DNA from: Phoronis australis
Lineage: Eukaryota > Animalia > Phoronida
DNA length: 64,000 nucleotides
Direction of reading: 5' to 3'
NCBI GenBank assembly: GCA_002633005.1
Contig: NMRA01000068.1
Location: forward strand, 98,453-162,452
This document shows positions 51,801-64,000 of the stretch, piece after piece. The notes under the pieces are model-generated. The model searched no databases. It saw only the letters and a program-made list of their open reading frames with translations, and was not told the DNA's origin. Every line of letters starts with the position of its first letter. Position 1 is the stretch's first letter. Both the position numbers and the translations under genes were made by a program.

Positions 51801-54800
51801 GCACTACGTACATATCAGATTCCAATGACTCGAAACTTTGAATTTAATGTGGAGCTGTTTACAACAACTGGGAATACAATTTAAACAAAACTGTGAAACC
51901 TATCCGCACTTCTGCGTATCTCGTAGTTATTTCATTCTGTCTCACTGATTCTATTAAGCTCACAATGCGACAACCCCTAATGCAAGTTTTCAGCAAAAGA
52001 AAAACAATACACTGACAGAATTAACAAAACAGCCACTTCAACACACATTTCCTTTAATACAGTAACTTAAAAGCTTGTTTAGGGTAATGCAAAACTGGGG
52101 ACATTCCTTCATATTTAATTCAGAAAGGAAATCATAATTATTTGGAAACAAAACAACGATGACCAGATATGACATGGGGTAATTCTTCACCACCTTGCAT
52201 CAGTATGAGTGTCTATGCTTCACGACCTTGCATCAGTATGTGTGTCTAGTACCATTCACTAATAATAACCTTCACATGCGTTCCCAGGACTTCATTATGC
52301 ATTACACACAAAACCAATTTGGTACTTACTGCATATAGAACAAATGATATCTGTAATGTTTTGACACCCAAGTGACGCTTGGATCTCCTATGTTCTTGCA
52401 TCAGAGTTATAACCACACTGCATTTGCCCTCATTTTCAGGATCATCAGTGCGAGGGTCAAAATCATCTAAAGAGAAAATACAACACGTTTGTTAGCTTAC
52501 AAATGTATTATTACTTAAAGAGTTTACGAGCACTTTAAAATATATTATAATCTCAAGTATGATACATGATATTCCAATTCGACTAGTCATATTCATTAGT
52601 TTCCATGGAGAGGAGCTTGATATACAGATATCAAAGTTGAAAGAAGTCCCAACAAGACACAAGACTGCATAAGTGACTTACCTGGCTCATGCAAAGTGAC
52701 TAGATATTGTGGGTTTGTGGCGAACAGTTCCAAGTTGTTGCGAGAGCCGCCTGCACTCTCTCCTGTATACCACTCACCTCGCACCATTTCTACATGACCT
52801 GAAGTAGAATGAGGACCAGAGTAATTCACATGGACCATCACATTAGGACCACAGTAAATAGTATGGATTGCCACATGGAGATCAGTGATTCACGTAGACT
52901 GCTACATGGAGATCAGCGTGACGGGGATCAGAGTGATGGGGATCAGAGTAATGGGGATCAGAGTGATGGGGATCAGAGTGATGGGGGATCAGGGTAATGG
53001 GGGATCAGAGTGATGGGGATCAGAGTGATGGGGGATCAGAGTGATGGGGATCAGAGTGATGGGGATTAGACTGATTCACATGAACTGTTACACGGACCAA
53101 TGGGAGTTAAGTTATACAATTTTTGCTTTGAATGAGATAACTATTGCTTACAATTGAATATTTTGACAGATGATGTGATAACATATTGTCCAATCACATA
53201 CCTTGAGAGATACCTCCGTCAAAATCAGGACCAATAGTACATATCGTTACTTCCTGGAAGTGTTGACAGAAATCTTTAAAACTCATCCAAAACTCTCCAT
53301 CGGCCTTCTGCGCAAAGTTCAACTTTTGCTTAGTTTCCTCATCTAACCAATCCCAGTTAGAATCGCTGAAGAGAAAATAGTAAGGGAACTTATACAATAA
53401 CTGAAACGAATCATCAAACCCCAGTCAGTAGCTTTGAAGAGAAAATGAAAGACATACTGCATTTAAAGCAGTTATAAACCTGTGTTTCGTTGAAGAAACT
53501 ACAATACTAACTATAAAGTCGTCTCCACTTGATCCTAACATAGACGGGAAGTGATAACAGGTGTTGCAAAGTACTGACAGCTGATTATTCCTTGAAACCA
53601 TGCTGCACTCATAAAATGACACTGCATGACAAGCCATCTTGTACGGTCTGGTCTCAAGAAATGACACAGCGTGACAAGACAACTTGGACAGCCTGGTCTC
53701 AAGAAATAACGAATTGTCAAATTTTTCTAAGCACACAAATCACATCTATTTTGCTTATTTGAGACTAATTTTATGGCTAGTAGTATAAATCAAAAGTTAG
53801 TTTTTGTGATGAAAGGCAGTTTTAAAGCCCTTTAACAGACATCATAAGAAAGTCATAGTACAAAGAACTAATCACTAGACACTAACAGGAAATTAAAAGT
53901 CCACATACTCATCACTCCAAGATCCTTTCCACTCTGCTCCATCACCCCATGGATTGCGAATTCGCAGAAGTTTTTCTTGGCCCATTTTATGCTTCACCTT
54001 TTCTATTCCCGTAACAGTGTAGGCGTGACCAGACACCAATCCATTGGCATCAGCAACAGAGGACTGCCTCCAGTCTCCCTACATACAAACATTACACTTT
54101 TATCTATGAACAGAATGACAGATGACACAATACTTGTTTCACATTGCCATCCAGCGGAAGGGATGAAATAATAAACGGAAGAGTTTTCAGCTGTTTGTTA
54201 TGCCTGAAATATATATGACAAATGTGTTGCCTTAATGAAAAGTGTTAGTAATCAGCACAGTCAACTTAAAGCTGCATTTTGCACTGTTTAGCTGGCTAAA
54301 GACGAAAATCTAATTCTCAAAACGCCATCTCATAACAAACCTTTTCTTCATAGGACTGTATTTCTGTTACCACCTTAATTCACAAGCAATGCCTCTAGTG
54401 CGCCATTTACAAATTTTAGGGTTGGCCAACACCAATAAACTGTTTGAGTTGGAAATGGAAATACAACCCTATCTTGGAAAGGAATATTATGAGACTGGTA
54501 GAGTAAATGAGCCTAATTTTTGTTTTCAGTCAGCTAAATAGCCAACTGCAGCAGTAAGTGAACCTGAGGCCAAAGGCTTTGTTGGCTATTTGTGAAAACG
54601 CCCTTACCCTGGCAAAAAAGCGGCAAGACCAATTTTAGAATGATTAACTACTGTAGGCTAACTTTATTTGGTCTTCTCGAAATCTTCTGACCGGTCACAT
54701 ATAATAACGGTACCTGAAGTTCACCTTTCCTTTCATGTCAGCTGTTAGACCTACCTTTCGTGAACAGGCCACAAAAGAACCAGCATTGTGCGCCCGCAGT

Positions 54801-57800
54801 ATGTGCCTGTACATGTACGGGTCGTTCTTCCTCAGCTCATATCGTTCAGCCAGACCACCCGTCAAGTCTACCAGCGCGTCCATGGTTTGGCCTCCTTCAA
54901 TGGCTTCATAGGAGCCATGAAGCCTGTATAACATGGCAAGCTGATCAGTATTTCAGAGGGATAAGCAATCCAAGCTGACCAGTATTTCAGTAAGATATAC
55001 AATCCATAAAGCTCAGTATCTCAGCGAAACATACAATCCATAAAGTTCAGTATCTCAGTGAGATACACAATCCATAAAGCTCAGTATGTCAAGGTATAAA
55101 ATCCATAAAGCTCAGTATCTCAGTGAGATATGCAATCCATAAAGCTCAGTATCTCAGTGAGATACGCAATCCATAAAGCTCAGTATCTCAGTGAGATATG
55201 CAATCCATAAAGCTCAGTATCTCAGTGAGATACGCAATCCATAAAGCTCAGTATCTCAGTGAGATATGCAATCCATAAAGCTCAGTATCTCAACAACATA
55301 TACAATCCATAAAGCTCAGCATCTCAGTGAGATACGCAATCCATAAAACTCAATACTTCAGTGACATATGCAATTCATAAATCTCAGTATCTCAATGAGA
55401 CATGCAATCCATAAAGCTCAGTATCTCTGTGAGACATACAATTTATGCTGATTAGTATTTCAGTGGTAAACATGATTTCAGAATACTATCAGTATCTCAG
55501 TGGTAAACACGATTTTAGAATACAATCAGTGCATTCAAAAGATAATGGATATAGTTTAATTTTAAAAATCTTTACAACAAATACCAACAAGATTTAAAGA
55601 CACCAAGTACGACAACTGGCAAGTGCCTATTTTGGAAAGAAGTTAAAATCACCGGACACCACCACCATTCTGGGTGATCTGCTCCAAAATTTTATACAAG
55701 TGAATGAACATCTAAAACTCATTACAATTCTTACTATAAGATCATATAATTACCAAAATCAATAGCTTGTAAATGCAATGAAAGTTGTATGTCAAAGCTG
55801 CTGATAAACTTCAGATGAGCAATCTGCACACGTGAATTCAAAATGGCTATAAAATTTGCGCATCACAGAGATGTCGGAAGAATTTTGTTTGTATTACTAA
55901 AATAACATTGTGAATTGCTTAAAACAGTTACAGCCATTGCTGATGGTAACACAGAGCATTTTGGAAGTATGCCACAGCATGTTTGCCAGATGTACATAAT
56001 GGCGCATAACATGAGGTGAGTGAAATTTTGTCAAAAAGTTTTGTCAAAGTGCTCAGATAGCCAGCAACACTTACTTTGTCCACAATTCCACAATGCCATG
56101 TCAACCATTACAACAGTGACACTAAATATGTCAAAGCGTTCAGACAGTCAAATTAGCACCAACACTTACTTTGTCCTCAATGCCATGTCAACCATTACAA
56201 CAGTCACACTAAATATGTCAAAGTGTTCAGACAATCATATTAGCACCAACACTTACTTAGCGTATGCCTTCTCCAACAGTGCTACCCAGAACTCAGTCTC
56301 ATCTTCGCAATGAGCATAGATTAACTTGCCATCCACAGTGGGCAGACGATCATCAACATAGACATCGACCCACTCACCGAAACGGAACAAACGGAAATGA
56401 ACAATGCCTTTGTAACCTTCTCCACACAGCGGGTAGTCATTTGGTATAATCTGTAACAGGATACAGAGACACTGCACTACACATCTGATATCACACTAGT
56501 CTTGAAACTAATCCACAAATAGCTGACTAATTCTATTCCACGGGATAACCGTTAATTCTTTAAAGCAGGCATGCGTTCAGTAGACGCTAGGACCTACGCT
56601 AGCACCTAGCTAAAACCTAGTCAAAGTCACATGTTCTCATTTAAAATACACGGCAATATCTCACATAATCTCGCGAAGTCTTGCTTTTTAGCGAGGTCCT
56701 AGCGTTACTGAACGGGAGGTGGATCTTTTAGAATTATATTAGAGAATACTTCATAAGAAGTCCAAAGTAACTTAATTTTCCTTGCGGCTAAGAATGTCCA
56801 ATCAGTGACAGTCGCTTGTGATTCTAGGCTATGCAGTAACTGACACTTCTCCATTTTGAAATAATGGAACTATCGGGCAATCAATTTCAAAAAGTGACAA
56901 CAATTCTCCACTTATTTAACACAGCAAGTGAAATTCTATTTTGTCAAATTTCTACACAAAAGTTAAGATTAAGAAAAATTTAGTCTATTACTAGCAAGGC
57001 TTGCACTGTTTAGATGAAATAACATTTGGTGAAGTTTCCATTATTTGTAGCAAGGTAATTGGCTGTTGAAAAATGGAAATAAGTGGGTGGAATAAGTGAA
57101 GAATTACCTTACCATAACAGGTCATACACACTTATTTACAATAACGAAAACAACCTTTTGACTATAATAAGCAATTAGCAAGATCTGTAAGGGTGAACTG
57201 ACTCAAAGATACAATGATTAGATGGCAATAATGCCAGCCCACCTTTCTCATGAATGTTTGTCTTTGTGATACTGCTGCACAGGAAGAAAGGAACCAACAA
57301 TCTCCCAGTTTGCCTTGTTTGATATCGTCTCGGCTGACGCCATCAACAAGTAAATGAGGTATCTTCCCTTCTAACAGTAGTTCCTGAAACGCAACAAGTA
57401 TTCTCTATCAGAAAGTGCAACACAACATGCTCTAGTCTCAAATTATGAATAGTCATATCTATATGGACTTGTTTCCCCATTTTTATGATTTATACTTGGG
57501 TATCTATAATTATTAAATTTCAGCGCTTATTCAGGGCTGGTTACTTAGCCCAAAATAATATCACACTTTAAATTCAAGTTTAGAGTGTACCATAAACATT
57601 TAGATTAATGATCAAGCCAGAATTTGCCAGACCCTTATTAAAGTTTACCCGAATTTCTAGTCACTACTATTAGTTCAGTTCACAAAGAGTTATTAAAATT
57701 TACAACTTTTTGTTATTCCAGTCTATACTATTACAGACTAGTGCACACAGCTGTTTTCTTACTTTAATACAGTTAAAAAGTTTGCAAGAATAGTTGCAAT

Positions 57801-59404
57801 AGGTATTTAAGCCAACTGCTTCGCAGCAACTAAACAGCTGGACAAATAGCTTGTCTTTTAAAGCACTTGTATATGTAAGAGGAACTTGCTTAGGAATTAG
57901 CTTTGGGTATGAATAACTTCTAAATTACTTGAAAAATCAAACTTTTGCAGACATACAACAAAGGAAAAATTGATCTATTTCAAAGCCATCCAAAAAGGCT
58001 GGTTAAAAAGTTGCACTTATAACTAGTACTATTTAAAGGTTTTTGCCAAAGGGAAAATAAAGCAGTTTCAATAACTTTATTTGGAAATTGGGTTTAATTA
58101 TTTGTGGCATTGATGACAAGAATTACATAGAATTCTTGTTTAACAGGAAAATGAAAAATGCAACAGTTCGTCACCTGAGAATGTTGTCATAATGGAAATG
58201 GAGGAGGTAAATAGTCGACATAGTGGCTTAGAATTTCGCAGACCCATGTAAAACATGGGTGTCCTTCACTCACAATAGGCCTCTTGAAATCGACATGCAA
58301 GGTCAGAATAAGCGTTCCTTGTGAACCCTGTTCTTAATCATGCAACTGTGCCAGTTGGACAGTGTAACTATACACTGCTTAACAAAGGGTTTCGCAGACC
58401 CATGTAAAACATGGGTGTCCTTCACTCACAATAGGCCTCTTGAAATCGACATGCAAGGTCAAAATATGCGTTCCTTGCGAACCCTGTTCTTAATCATGCA
58501 ACTGTGCCAGTTGAACAGTGTAACTATACACTGCTTAACAAAGGGTTTGTGGTTCTGACTGAGAAGATAATTGATTTATTGTCCCCAATGAATTCTGACT
58601 AGCTGAGCCCAACATGTGTCAAACACATGGAACATAAATGAGTGATGATGAAATATAATGTACCTTGGGTCTGAGCCACACTACATCCTTCTCTGACTTG
58701 TTACTGTAGAACAAAGCCTGGTTGTCAGCAGGAAAGTCTGGGTCACAGAACAGATTGTCCCTCTCGAACGCGGACTCTATCACTTCCTTTGGCTGTAAAA
58801 CAATCAAGTTCAACAGAAGGAAGCCAAAAGCAAACATGTGCCACGAATTAACTGTATGCTGCTCCAAAATATGATTTCATTTAAAAGCACTTTATAGTAC
58901 AAGCTTAACTAAGTCCAACTTCATCCCTTATACTGCACGAGGTGGACACCACAACATATCCTGAGTGATAGTACAGTTGTGTAAACATCTTTTTGGTAAA
59001 GTCTCTAAAATTGGCAACTTAAAAATTAAAAAATGGTTAAATAATGATAACAGTGTTTTTGTGTTACTTGTTTTTCAACAGTTAAATGATTGAAGACAGT
59101 TGAGCGCACTACTCACGGTTAAGCCAAGTTTGAAGTCTCCAAAGTCTCCAACAGGAAGTTCCACCACGGGCTCTTCTCCTGTCTTATCATGATGTTTAAC
59201 TTCTTCTCTAACCACCACACCGCCATTTAGATACGTTTCAACAAAAGTTTCGCGTGCGTCTTCTTCAGACTTCTTTGATGTTGCGTTCTCATTCGAACGA
59301 GTGACATTACCGTTCCGAACACTCGCAACTGAAATCGACAATTCTGCCTCTGGGTTCCCGTTCCATTCTCCACTACTCCCAGATTTACTGTCGGTGCACC
59401 CCAT
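48885..59404 (-). CDS. calpain-family cysteine protease (CysPc + domain III/CBSW, no PEF), about 576 aa
   Basis: Phase-consistent exons 59404-59117, 58792-58664, 57383-57243, 56450-56257, 54923-54755, 54078-53909, 53365-53202, 52798-52682, 52466-52330, 50062-49851, 48894-48885. Motifs [17 protein letters not shown] (Cys), [37 protein letters not shown] (His), RIRNPWG (Asn), [27 protein letters not shown]. The final 10-nt exon is less certain. Confidence 0.93.
50947..51666 (+). mobile_element. Penelope-like retroelement 3' fragment with inverted pLTR arms and GIY-YIG C-terminus
   Basis: ORF 51284-51520 ([36 protein letters not shown]) fits a PLE GIY-YIG endonuclease. Arms at about 50947-51165 and 51447-51666 are inverted copies; each carries a TTGAAAA..(G)AAA hammerhead-like motif. 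Confidence 0.75.
52908..53070. repeat. 15-bp minisatellite (ggggatcagagtgat)n in a calpain intron
   Basis: About 10 directly visible tandem units. Confidence 0.9.
54986..55440. repeat. about 32-34-bp minisatellite (caatccataaagctcagtatctcagtgagatatg)n in a calpain intron
   Basis: About 13 tandem units with minor variants. Confidence 0.9.
58234..58545. repeat. 156-bp tandem duplication
   Basis: 58234-58389 is repeated at 58390-58545 with few substitutions. Confidence 0.9.
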
Positions 59405-59643
59405 CTTTTCTATGCGCTGCAACAGTGGTTTGTACTTGGAAGTGATAACGTTCCGTCATACTCGTCGAGTGAGATAAGAACACCAACGAAATAAAGTGAC
59501 GAAAAATAAATCCCACTTTGTTGTCAGGTATCCTGGGTGGCCATCTTGAAACTTTTTTGTTTTTGATTATAACCAATAGGTGACAGTAGTTATCCATTCG
59601 AGCATTCTCCCACCAGAGGTCTCTTTCAATACAACATGTGAAG
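59405..59643. promoter_or_regulatory. putative compact bidirectional promoter, calpain / EXOSC7
   Basis: Divergent ATGs 239 nt apart; two outward-facing YY1-like AAGATGGC motifs (minus strand at about 59539-59548; plus strand at 59641-59648, overlapping the EXOSC7 ATG). Confidence 0.6.
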
Positions 59644-62600
59644 ATGGCAGAAGTCTCGTTGAGTGATGCTGAGAGAACATTTATTATACACGGCATACAA
59701 GTAGGCATGGGGAGTGAGGAGTGTCACATATCTCTTTCTCTGAAATTTCAGCTCAAAATTCTTATGTTACAAAAGAGCAGTGTGTCATGTGTGGCATCGC
59801 TGCGACACTCCCAAGTGCTACCAGTTATTTGACTGAGAGAAAGTGACTGTGTCAGTGTGTTGTCTGTTGTCTAGCAGTAGGATCTAGCAAACTTCACTCT
59901 TCAGCCACAGGCGCTTGAGTTTATCTGTTTGCAGGCCCGTAGGAAGGCAAAAATTATTAGGGGGCACAAACCATTTCGACGTCGCCAAATAACCCCCATT
60001 GCCACCACCTCCGCTACCACCCCCCTCACCCCCGTCCTGATGTCACCATATTTGTACCGAATCTCCCACATGGGGAGGCACAGTGGCGGATTTAGGGGGC
60101 CAAGAGGCCATGACCACCCTAAAATTCTCCCAGATTTCATTTGGGAGTTTGGAAGGGCCAATTTATGACTGGTAAAACCCTGGCTAATACTCTGCCCTGC
60201 CCTCCAACTCAAAATCCTGGATCCGCCTCTGGGACAATCCTGGGGATCCATCCATTAAGAGTTGAGTAACCATGAACCAACACGAAGAGTAAGAATTTGC
60301 CTAGGACCAGTACACTGACCTGTAGCGAGGAACTGCCTCAAGTAGCTATAGCTGAGATCTAACAGTGTGAAAATACGAAATTCCCGATGAACTAAAGCTA
60401 ATTGCTGGTGAGCTCAACTATGATTCACTTGAGACAGGCAGCTTAACTTGTACTGGCCTTCTGCACTCGTTCTAAGGTCAAGATTCGTTTTATTATGATC
60501 CAGTTTCGGGAAAACTTTATTTTATTGTGGTCATTCTTTGAAAGATTTTTATTTTTGAAAAGGCGAGGCCCCGAAGTCCCTGGTATTGTGCCTTTGGGGG
60601 CTAGTTGAAAAACGACCGGTAGTTCAGTTTCTGGTGGCTGGGGAAAGGGATAGTGTGTCCCAAAAATGTACACACTTCCTGAATGCCTGCTGTTCAAATT
60701 CCGTTCTTGTGGTTATCACTGAGAGTCTGCATGGCCTACTGCATGGTTACATCATATTTTTAATGCGAATACGTCAGTCATGACGTGCAGGGAAAGCAAT
60801 CAATTCAGTTTTGAAGAGCAAACATTTGTTAGTCAATAGTACTGGAAACTAAAAACACCAAGGAACTGCGAAGACAACCTTTCCAAGAAATGAGTTTAAT
60901 TTTATTTATTTAAGAATTTTTAAAACGTTTTTTCTATCTACGGTGTGTGTGTGTACGAATTTCATCAATGTCTTTGAGAGTTATTTTAGATATGCAAAAA
61001 TCGTCTAAGTGTACTTTACTATTTGGGGATCAGATTATAGAGTTTTTCCAACTTCAGGCATTAATTAAATTCACTGAATTATCACCAATTCTTACAAAAT
61101 TAACTGCTAATTGTCAAAAATCATCTATGAATCTATCGATATTCGTAGATACATAAATTGGCTGTACTTCGGGAGCAAGTTTTCGGTTATACAGAATTGG
61201 TTAAATGCACGACACTTTTCATTGTTCACAGTCTTTATTCCGTTACGTTCATACCTGCGGAACAAAACTCTACTCTCAACTGAACATAGATAAAGTGACC
61301 TAGCGACATAATTAAAAGACACACGATATTTTGAAACATACTTGTTTCATTCTCAATTGAAGATAAAAGGACGCAGTAATGCCATCACAGAGCATAAGCT
61401 GATGACACACACAGTGGGACACTGCGGGTGTGAAATACTTCAAAGAATGACTAATGAAGGGGGGTAACAGGAAAGTCATGCAAACAAGAGTAACGTGCGG
61501 CGCAACCCTGTTTGCTGCTCATTCAAAACAGGCTTCTCAAAAGCAATTAAAAGGGACTCTAATACTTTCAATCGTAGCACATCGTGCTCCACGTAGCGAA
61601 TTGACGTGTTTTCCACAATTTCTTGATGGGTGATTTTACGTTCGTGATGTTGCAGAAAATGATCTTGGATGGCACCAGTTTGAAGATGCATAGATAACCG
61701 AGGGGAAAGACTGCAAACCGTTTGACCAATGTAACATTGTTTGACGTTTGCCACGGTTGCCATGGTTTAACCCAGAGGCCCCCCCCCTCGCTTCCTACGG
61801 CCCTGGTTCGTCCATCACCACTGACGTCACTCACTATTAAGAAAAACAAAGTGCTTCCTAAGAACTGATGATATGCATTTTAGTCCAAAATATATGAACA
61901 ATACAACACCAAAATTTTTACACACAATAATTTATTTGGCAATAGTGAGATATATGTCCGTATTTTGATAACCAGTTTGATGCCTGTTATTCAGTGGAGA
62001 AAATTGGTTCTCAAAATTTTGGCAGGTTATATCCAACCATTACCATTTATTAGGTGTTCATTGGTGATAAGTGCAAAAAGTTCGATCAACTGGTCTTCTG
62101 ACTATGCGTTTTGATTGAATATACTAAACAATATTTATGGAAACATTACATCTATGGATGATAGATTAGATATAAACGTGTTTTCCTAAAGTGCAACTGT
62201 CTCCTTTTAGTTTTTCATCCTAAATATGTAACGCTTTTGGTTGTTCTTAATTACTGATGCCAGAAAAATGGTGCTTACTGAAATTGTTTTTGCGTGACTA
62301 GGATAACCTAAGAAGTGATGGTCGATCGTGTGAGGACTATCGTCCTGTGGAGTTAGAGACAGATGTGGTATCCACTGCTAATGGCTCAGCTCGAGTGAGG
62401 CTCGTAAGTTTAAACACACTCTCCACTTTTACCGAGTTCGAATCTACAGTTTTGCAGATATTTGTCTAAATACACAGTATGCAACTTAGTTTCAGTGCTA
62501 CACATATGTAACCTTTACAACAGTAGGGGTAACTGGTCTCAATGTTAATTAAACATTTGCAAGATTGGTGTTTATTTAATTAAATGAATTTGCAACATTT

Positions 62601-63447
62601 AAGGAAAGTTGTATCAGTTGTTGGTTGCAACCAATTGATTTTTTTTTCAGGCAAATACTGATGTTTTGGTTGGAATTAAGGCAGATCTAGTGGCGACTAC
62701 TGCTGATAAGCCTAAAGAAGGAAGACTGGAATTTTTTGTAGATTGGTAAATTGCCATATGAAACGAACATCAATTTGGAATCTTATGATCATGTTTAATG
62801 ACAGTTTATTGGTTCCGGAAATTCATTGTGTTTGTCAATATTCAAGGTTCCAGTTGTGTTTGTTGGAATGATATTCTGAAAGCAGTGGCTCTATGGCTGT
62901 GTAGGTGACTATGTTGTTATCATTTTTAAACCTTGTTAGTAGCTCTGCATGTCACCACTAGGAGAGTTTGGCTTATTTGTAGCTCTGCATATCGCCACCA
63001 GAGGAGTTTAGATTTGTAGCTCTGCATATCGCCACCAGGGGAGTTTAGTTTATTTGTACATCTGCACATCATAATCAAGAGAGTTAAGTTTCCCAATAAT
63101 GGGAAAGTGCAAAATAAGCGATTTTCATTACGAAAGTGGTAGTTTTTTACGTTTATTTAACATCTTGATGACGCAATTCATTAAATATTTGATTGATTAG
63201 GAGCCTCATAGGAAAAAGACTGGTTGTGAGGGTTGTTTTGATAGAGGTGCGGTAGTTACTCACTTTCATCGGCATTATGTATTGTAGTTCTGCTAACGCT
63301 ACTCCAGCTTTTGAGGGTCGCGGTGGTGAAGAGTTGGCCCATCAGATCTGTAACTGTCTGAGTCAAGCCTACAGTACAAGTGTGGACCTAAACCATCTGT
63401 GTGTGTTGGATGGAGAACAGTGTTGGCTCCTTTATGTGGACATAGTG
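59644..63447 (+). CDS. EXOSC7: exosome complex component RRP42, 3'-partial (first four exons)
   Basis: Exons 59644-59700, 62302-62403, 62651-62745, 63288-63447: MAEVSLSDAERTFIIHGIQ-DNLRSDGRSCEDYRPVELETDVVSTANGSARVRL-ANTDVLVGIKA..PKEGRLEFFVDC-SANATPAFEGRGGEELA..CWLLYVDIV. Confidence 0.95.
60080..60231. mobile_element. short MITE with CAGTGGCGGAT / ATCCGCCTCTG ends (a similar end lies at about 100-122)
   Basis: Terminal inverted repeats around a GC-rich core; TSD not resolved. Confidence 0.55.
60900..61750 (-). mobile_element. Penelope-like retroelement 3' fragment (GIY-YIG + pLTR) in EXOSC7 intron 1
   Basis: ORF 61763-61476 CYIGQTVCSLSPRLSMHLQTGAIQDHF..RLKVLESLLIAFEKPVLNEQ is GIY-YIG-like. 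Downstream RRYER..K..FNQFCITENLLPKYS resembles a PLE ORF N-terminus. A degenerate hammerhead-like TTGATGA..AAAACGTT lies at about 60922-60970. Confidence 0.78.
62938..63090. repeat. about 37-40-bp tandem repeat (gtagctctgcatatcgccacca..gagttt) x4
   Basis: Visible tandem units in EXOSC7 intron 3. Confidence 0.75.
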
Positions 63448-64000
63448 GTGGGTAGAATACGTGTCACTGAGTGGTGGCTGGTATCATACACGTGCGCTAT
63501 AGTTATCTAGCAACCCAGACAAAGGGTGTTCAGCTATGTGGTTTCACGAATTCACAGGAAATCTGCATTAGAATGAATGTGCGTTTCATTTCACAACTGT
63601 TTAGTGCATTCATTGTAATTTGAACTGATTATCAAAACAGACCAAGGGTGACATTTTTTGTTAGTTGTTGCTACCAGCTAATTAGCTAGTTGGTATTCGC
63701 GTAAACTTCAACAAGCTTAAGTGTGGACTGTCACTGTATGTGCTCATCAGAGGCACATGAACTAGGCCGTTGTCAATGATATAGAACTTATGAATTTTAG
63801 TTTCTAGGCTTAAACAACATGAGGGACTGTTTACATTCCAATCACTAAGACAAAACAAAGTATTATAATTGTAAAATAACTTCTATCATGCCGTGAACAC
63901 ATCCACTACCACAAAAAACTGTAGGAACGCTGCATTTATCCACCTTCACTCTTATCAGGCTTCTATTGTGAGTCAGCATGCGTGAATAATTGGCTGATAA

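Noticed and set aside
52809-52997. ORF with (GDQSD)n repeats
   Set aside because: Translation of a 15-bp intronic minisatellite antisense to the calpain.
54986-55440. Regular ~33-bp repeats superficially like a CRISPR array
   Set aside because: Units are contiguous with no unique spacers and lie in a eukaryotic intron: a minisatellite.
61476-61763. Selenocysteine-coding (Naiad-type) PLE
   Set aside because: The fragment is 5'-truncated, has no in-frame internal TGA and I could not identify a SECIS by eye.

Overview
AT-rich eukaryotic, spliced-gene DNA from a draft scaffold, most likely an invertebrate animal (639-nt N gap at 7619-8257; single-N joins at 20452, 42883, 46564). Five multi-exon genes were reconstructed by hand from GT-AG boundaries and phase-consistent translation. 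(1) An intron-containing P-element/THAP9-type transposase (+, 240-6314, 5' part outside the window) with all three catalytic motifs. (2) PXMP2 (-, 5 exons, 193 aa), head-to-head with (3) a DGCR2-like single-pass protein (+, 4 exons, about 840 aa; signal peptide-VWC-TM-PPxY tail, no LDLa or C-type lectin exons found). (4) A PEF-less calpain with an N-terminal MGC acylation motif (-, 11 exons, about 576 aa), head-to-head with (5) EXOSC7/RRP42 (+, first 4 exons). Introns and intergenic DNA contain many transposon relics with readable ends: a P-type non-autonomous element (8-bp TSD), a MULE-like element (9-bp TSD), a Kolobok deletion derivative (TTAA), Tc2/Kanga-like and CAGGG-ended MITEs, and Penelope-like fragments with hammerhead-like motifs. 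There is also a perfect 92-bp palindrome. The 41.5-50.5 kb duplication looks like an uncollapsed second haplotype. All family assignments come from recalled motifs, not database searches.
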